Positions 60,026-64,000 of a stretch of DNA of 64,000 nucleotides are shown piece by piece. Where the stretch lies: positions 992,001 through 1,056,000 of the forward strand of contig AP026123.1 of assembly GCA_030295235.1 (NCBI GenBank), in the 5' to 3' direction. Within the stretch, counting starts at the first letter, position 1; the number at the start of each line of letters is the position of its first letter. The stretch comes from Fistulifera solaris (lineage: Eukaryota). A program made the translations under genes and the position numbers. The notes beneath the pieces were generated by a model. That model ran no database searches. It had not been told where the DNA came from and saw only the letters and a program-made list of their open reading frames with translations.

Positions 60026-61171
60026 GGTGGCATTCTTTTTCTTTTGCCGTCCTATTTTTAATGTGATGCACTAGGATGTTGCACTTTAAAGCAACAATTA
60101 TTCATATTGCAAAAGGATTTTTTACAGGAAGAGTTTGCTTGGCAAATAAGTAATAGAGGACGAGCGTTTTGTCATTTGTCTTTAAGTGTATCCAACATCA
60201 GAATGATTTCATTATTTTTACAGTGTGCATTTTACTAGCGCGGTCTCCTTAAACCAACACAATGATCCTATAGTGATCCTAGCAGTCAACGATCCGGAAG
60301 CTTTTTGAACGCATAAAATGAGATGTAGCATTTCAAATGAAATCAGCCATTTACGTTGACACCCATAGAAGCCTTTTCGAAGTTGATTGAATATTTTGTG
60401 CATCATCTGCGGCCCTCTTTGTCGCTGTTCTAATCGTTTCCTTGGCTGGAGCGTGACTGCATTCAGTCTTTAGTTATGTTTAACTAAATTGCAAATCATG
60501 CGCAGCGTAAAATACGAACCGTTTTACTTGGTAAATCCTTTTGTTTTTGGGTGCTTTTGTAAGACAGTTCTTGAGTATCGAATACGATGTTTTTCGTGTT
60601 GAAAAGCGCTTCGCCTAATTTGGTGCCTAACACACTATGGTTCCAAGTGTAGATTACTTTTTTCCCGACTGAACGGATTCAGTCGTGAGTTTGATTAGAT
60701 ACACCGTAATCGGTAATTAAATGACTTTTGTTGGGCTTGAGTAGACTACAATTCAATCAAAATTTAGACACCTTCTGAATATGGAATACCATCAATGTTC
60801 TTTGGTTTGAAAAATTACTGTATGAAAGGTAAAAGAAATGAATATTGACGCTCATTTGTAAGGTTAGGAGTTAGGACGAGGCAGGCAGGCGTCCAACGGA
60901 AATCTTAACGGTATCCATGGGTTCAATTTCGCCTCTTTAATCGCTATAGTGAGATAAGCGTGACTTTTTGTCTCTGGCGTCAAACTGTACTTCTCCATGC
61001 TTTTCGGTACTGAATGTTGAAAGGTGGACGACGACGGCTTTTTATTGTTTTTGCGCTTGGCGGTCGCAACATCATAAACGGTCCGAAAGTCCAAACAAAC
61101 AAGCTGCTGTAAACGTTTGTGCATTGTTGCTATTGTATTAAGCCATTTACATTGCTTCTTCCGGCAATAGA

Positions 61172-64000
61172 ATGGCAAAGTACGCCTACGCACCTTTGTC
61201 AATTGTAAGTTTGCCTGTTGTATTTGCAAAGTACGTCTTTTGTCGACGGCGGTTTATCTCATTGCGTCATTTTCCGTTTCCAGGACGAAGCGCGTCGTCG
61301 TCGTTCCTCCAACGATTTACCACAACAAGCGCAGATGATGACGCTCTTGTTCAAGAGCGTATGCCGATGTGTATCGGAATTTGTGTTCTCCTCGCCATTG
61401 TGTACGTATTGAGTCGAACCGGCGATCGCGATGCCATCGCTGTACAACCCCGCACAACAATGTTCGCGTGGAAAATCACCCGCAACTCGTTCCTACAGCG
61501 CCGACTGCGAGTGACGATGACTGGGATGCCCCCGTGTCTCCCAAGAGTGCCGCTAAAGCGACACCTAGCGATAGCGTCTGTCACTGCGATCTCAGTCCCG
61601 ATGAAGCCATGGGCGTACTCCGAGAACAAGCTCTCAGTCGCACAACACCTCATATCATTGAATGCGCCGCAGCCGATGCGGGGAAATCACAGGCGGCTTG
61701 TCATTTGCCCTCCGCGGAGCGTTTCGCGGCACTCGGGCAGAAGGGAGCAACGTTGTGGATGACCGGTTGCAGCGGAGCGGGTAAAACGACCATTGCGACG
61801 GCTCTCGAAGACCAACTCGTCAAATATTATGGAAAACATGTGTATCGATTGGATGGTGATAACTTGAGGACAGGACTCAACCGTGATTTGGGGTTCAGTG
61901 CGGCCGATCGGGCCGAGTCGGTTCGTCGAACGGGAGAATTGGCGACACTGTTTGCCGATGCGGGTGTCATTACCTTGGTGGGATTGATTTCGCCGTATGC
62001 CGAAGATCGAGATGCGGTGCGAAAGCGTCACGAGGAGCAGAACATTCCGTTCTATGAAGTCTTTCTGGACGTGCCGGTGGATGAACTTAAGAAGCGTGAT
62101 CCGAAGGGTCAGTACGCGCGAGTTGAGTCGGGAGAGCTGAAACACTTCACCTGCATTGATGATCGCTATGATCCTCCGGTCAAACCAGAAATCACTCTCA
62201 AAACACATCAATTAGCGATTGAAGAGTCAGTCAATATTTTGTTGCGACGTCTCGAGCGGGATGGTATTCTCATGGGAGCACCGAAACTAGCTCCTCCTGG
62301 GTTGCCGAATCCGGATGGTGATGTCATTGTCGATCTACATGTCCCGGAACATTTGCGAGAACAGCGTCGAGCGGAGGCGGAGACTTTACCAAAGGTTCTT
62401 ATCACAGACATTGATCTCAATTGGTTGCAAACGGTTGGAGAAGGTTGGGCAAGTCCTCTCAAAGGTTTCATGAGAGAAGGAACCTTATTGGAAACGCTGC
62501 ATTTCAACTCGATCTTGACAGATCCCTTCAACGTGACAGGCAACATCGATCGCCATGAGAAAAAGACAAATTTTGATCAGTTCCCCGAGCATCTGCCGCA
62601 CAACCGTGTCAGCATGCCCATTCCGATCACTTTGGCCTGTACTGCTTTTACCAAGGCTGCTATTGAAAACTCCGGCAAGTCGGCTGTGGCGCTTGTCACA
62701 CAAATGGGTGACACGGTTGCTATTTTGCGTGATCCGGAAATATACAACAACCGCAAAGAGGAGATTGTGACGCGAATGTACGGTGTAATCGACTTTGATC
62801 ATCCATACGTGAAGCACATTTATTCTGGTGGAGACTATCTAATCGGAGGAGAGGTTGAACTACTTGATCGCATTCGGTACAATGATGGCCTCGATCAGTG
62901 GCGCAAAACGGCTTCGGAGCTCCTAAAAGAATTTCAAGACAAAGGTGCGGATACGGTGTACGCCTTTCAAACTCGTAACCCGACACACTCGGGACACGCT
63001 TATCTGATGCGTTCGGCTGGGGAAGATCTTCGAAAGAAGGGTTACCAGAAACCTGTTTTGTGGCTTAGCCCTCTCGGTGGATGGACAAAGGAAGATGACG
63101 TTCCTCTTGATGTCCGCGTCAAGCAACACGAACATGTTCTAAAAGCCGGAACGTCCCACCCTGGAGGGCTTGACCCGGAAACAACCGTCATGGCTATTTG
63201 GCCTGCTCCTATGGTGTATGCTGGACCAACTGAAGTTCAATTTCATGCCAAATCACGCCGTAGCGCTGGTGCCTCTTACTTTGTTGTCGGTCGCGACCCA
63301 GCTGGTATGAAGGGTTCGCCCAATGCCCTCGCTCATCCTAATGATGATCTGTACGACGGCGACCACGGACGCTATGTGCTACAATACTCTCCAGGTCTCC
63401 AAGGAATGCAAATGCTCAGTTTTGTCAAAGTCATGTACGACATTTCTGACAATGTCATGAAAGTACCCGACCCAAGTCGAATGCAAGATTTCATTAGCAT
63501 TAGTGGGACGAAGATGCGTCTCTTAGCGCGCAATGGTGCAACACCTTGCAGTCCAACCAACATACCAACTGATCTTGTCGCGGCAAACTGTATTCCGAGT
63601 GGATTCATGGTTCCAGATGGATGGGAAACTGTCGTCGATTATTATCGAAACATTGATGTGCCTGGTCGCTGGACGCCATGGTCAAAACCAATTGTTAACC
63701 CTCCCGCAGACGCGCAAACCAAGTACAAAGGAAAGCTGGGATTCAATTCTTTCATGCTTAGAAGTACGGCGGTTGACTCGTATTGGCATGACGTACCGGT
63801 TCGTTCGGAGAAGGGCAACTTTGTCATTAACATGGTAACAGAGATCCCAATGCACATGACGGCCAAATTGGAACTCAACAAAGAGCTACCGCACAATCCT
63901 ATCATGCAGGATGCCAACGATGATGGCTCGACTCGATACTACACATACGGAACTCCGTTTTTCAACTATGGTTTGATTCCTCAGACATGGGAAGATCCAT
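61172..64000 (+). CDS. PAPSS: Trifunctional PAPS synthase: APS kinase - ATP sulfurylase - inorganic pyrophosphatase (runs off window end); probable intron 61205-61283
   Basis: Absent from the ORF track. In frame +1: 'LWMTGCSGAGKTT' (61765), 'YRLDGDNLRTGLNRDLGF', 'RDPKG', 'EGWASPLKGFMRE', 'FQTRNPTHSGH' (62968), 'VGRDPAG', 'ISGTKMR', then family I PPase 'YWHDVP...EIP...FNYGLIPQTWEDP'. Confidence 0.95.

Noticed and set aside
26168..64000. Sulfur-metabolism cluster (ovoA + PAPS synthase)
   Set aside because: The genes are more than 30 kb apart with many unrelated genes between, and OvoA uses cysteine, not PAPS.

Overview
Compact eukaryotic nuclear DNA, very probably a diatom. The evidence is short GT-AG introns, signal peptide + ASAFAP-type plastid presequences, OvoA and an APS kinase-ATP sulfurylase-pyrophosphatase fusion. 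I can support about 28 protein-coding genes. Most are split in the ORF track by single-base indels, mainly in homopolymers, which look like uncorrected assembly errors, so the gene spans below are my reconstructions. Housekeeping genes: U2AF large subunit, Aquarius, SPB1, cytochrome c1, NDUFA12, NDUFB11, CMC2, M17 aminopeptidase, a PPR protein, HCF164 and a bromodomain-ET protein. The most interesting elements are: (1) a tandem array of four intronless, secreted FAD-linked oxidases lacking the covalent-FAD His, one of them a chimera; (2) a secreted two-module protein with four QPDCRLCPNDDD motifs; (3) a trifunctional PAPS synthase, missed by the ORF track, that appears to carry a type II membrane anchor; (4) OvoA and a serine/histidine decarboxylase, both with mitochondrial-type presequences; (5) several promoter-embedded tandem repeats (33-bp G-box array, 216-bp TGAGTCA array with dimeric structure, decayed 217-238-bp repeats). 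I found no tRNA, rRNA, CRISPR array or autonomous transposon. All family calls come from motif recognition, not database searches.
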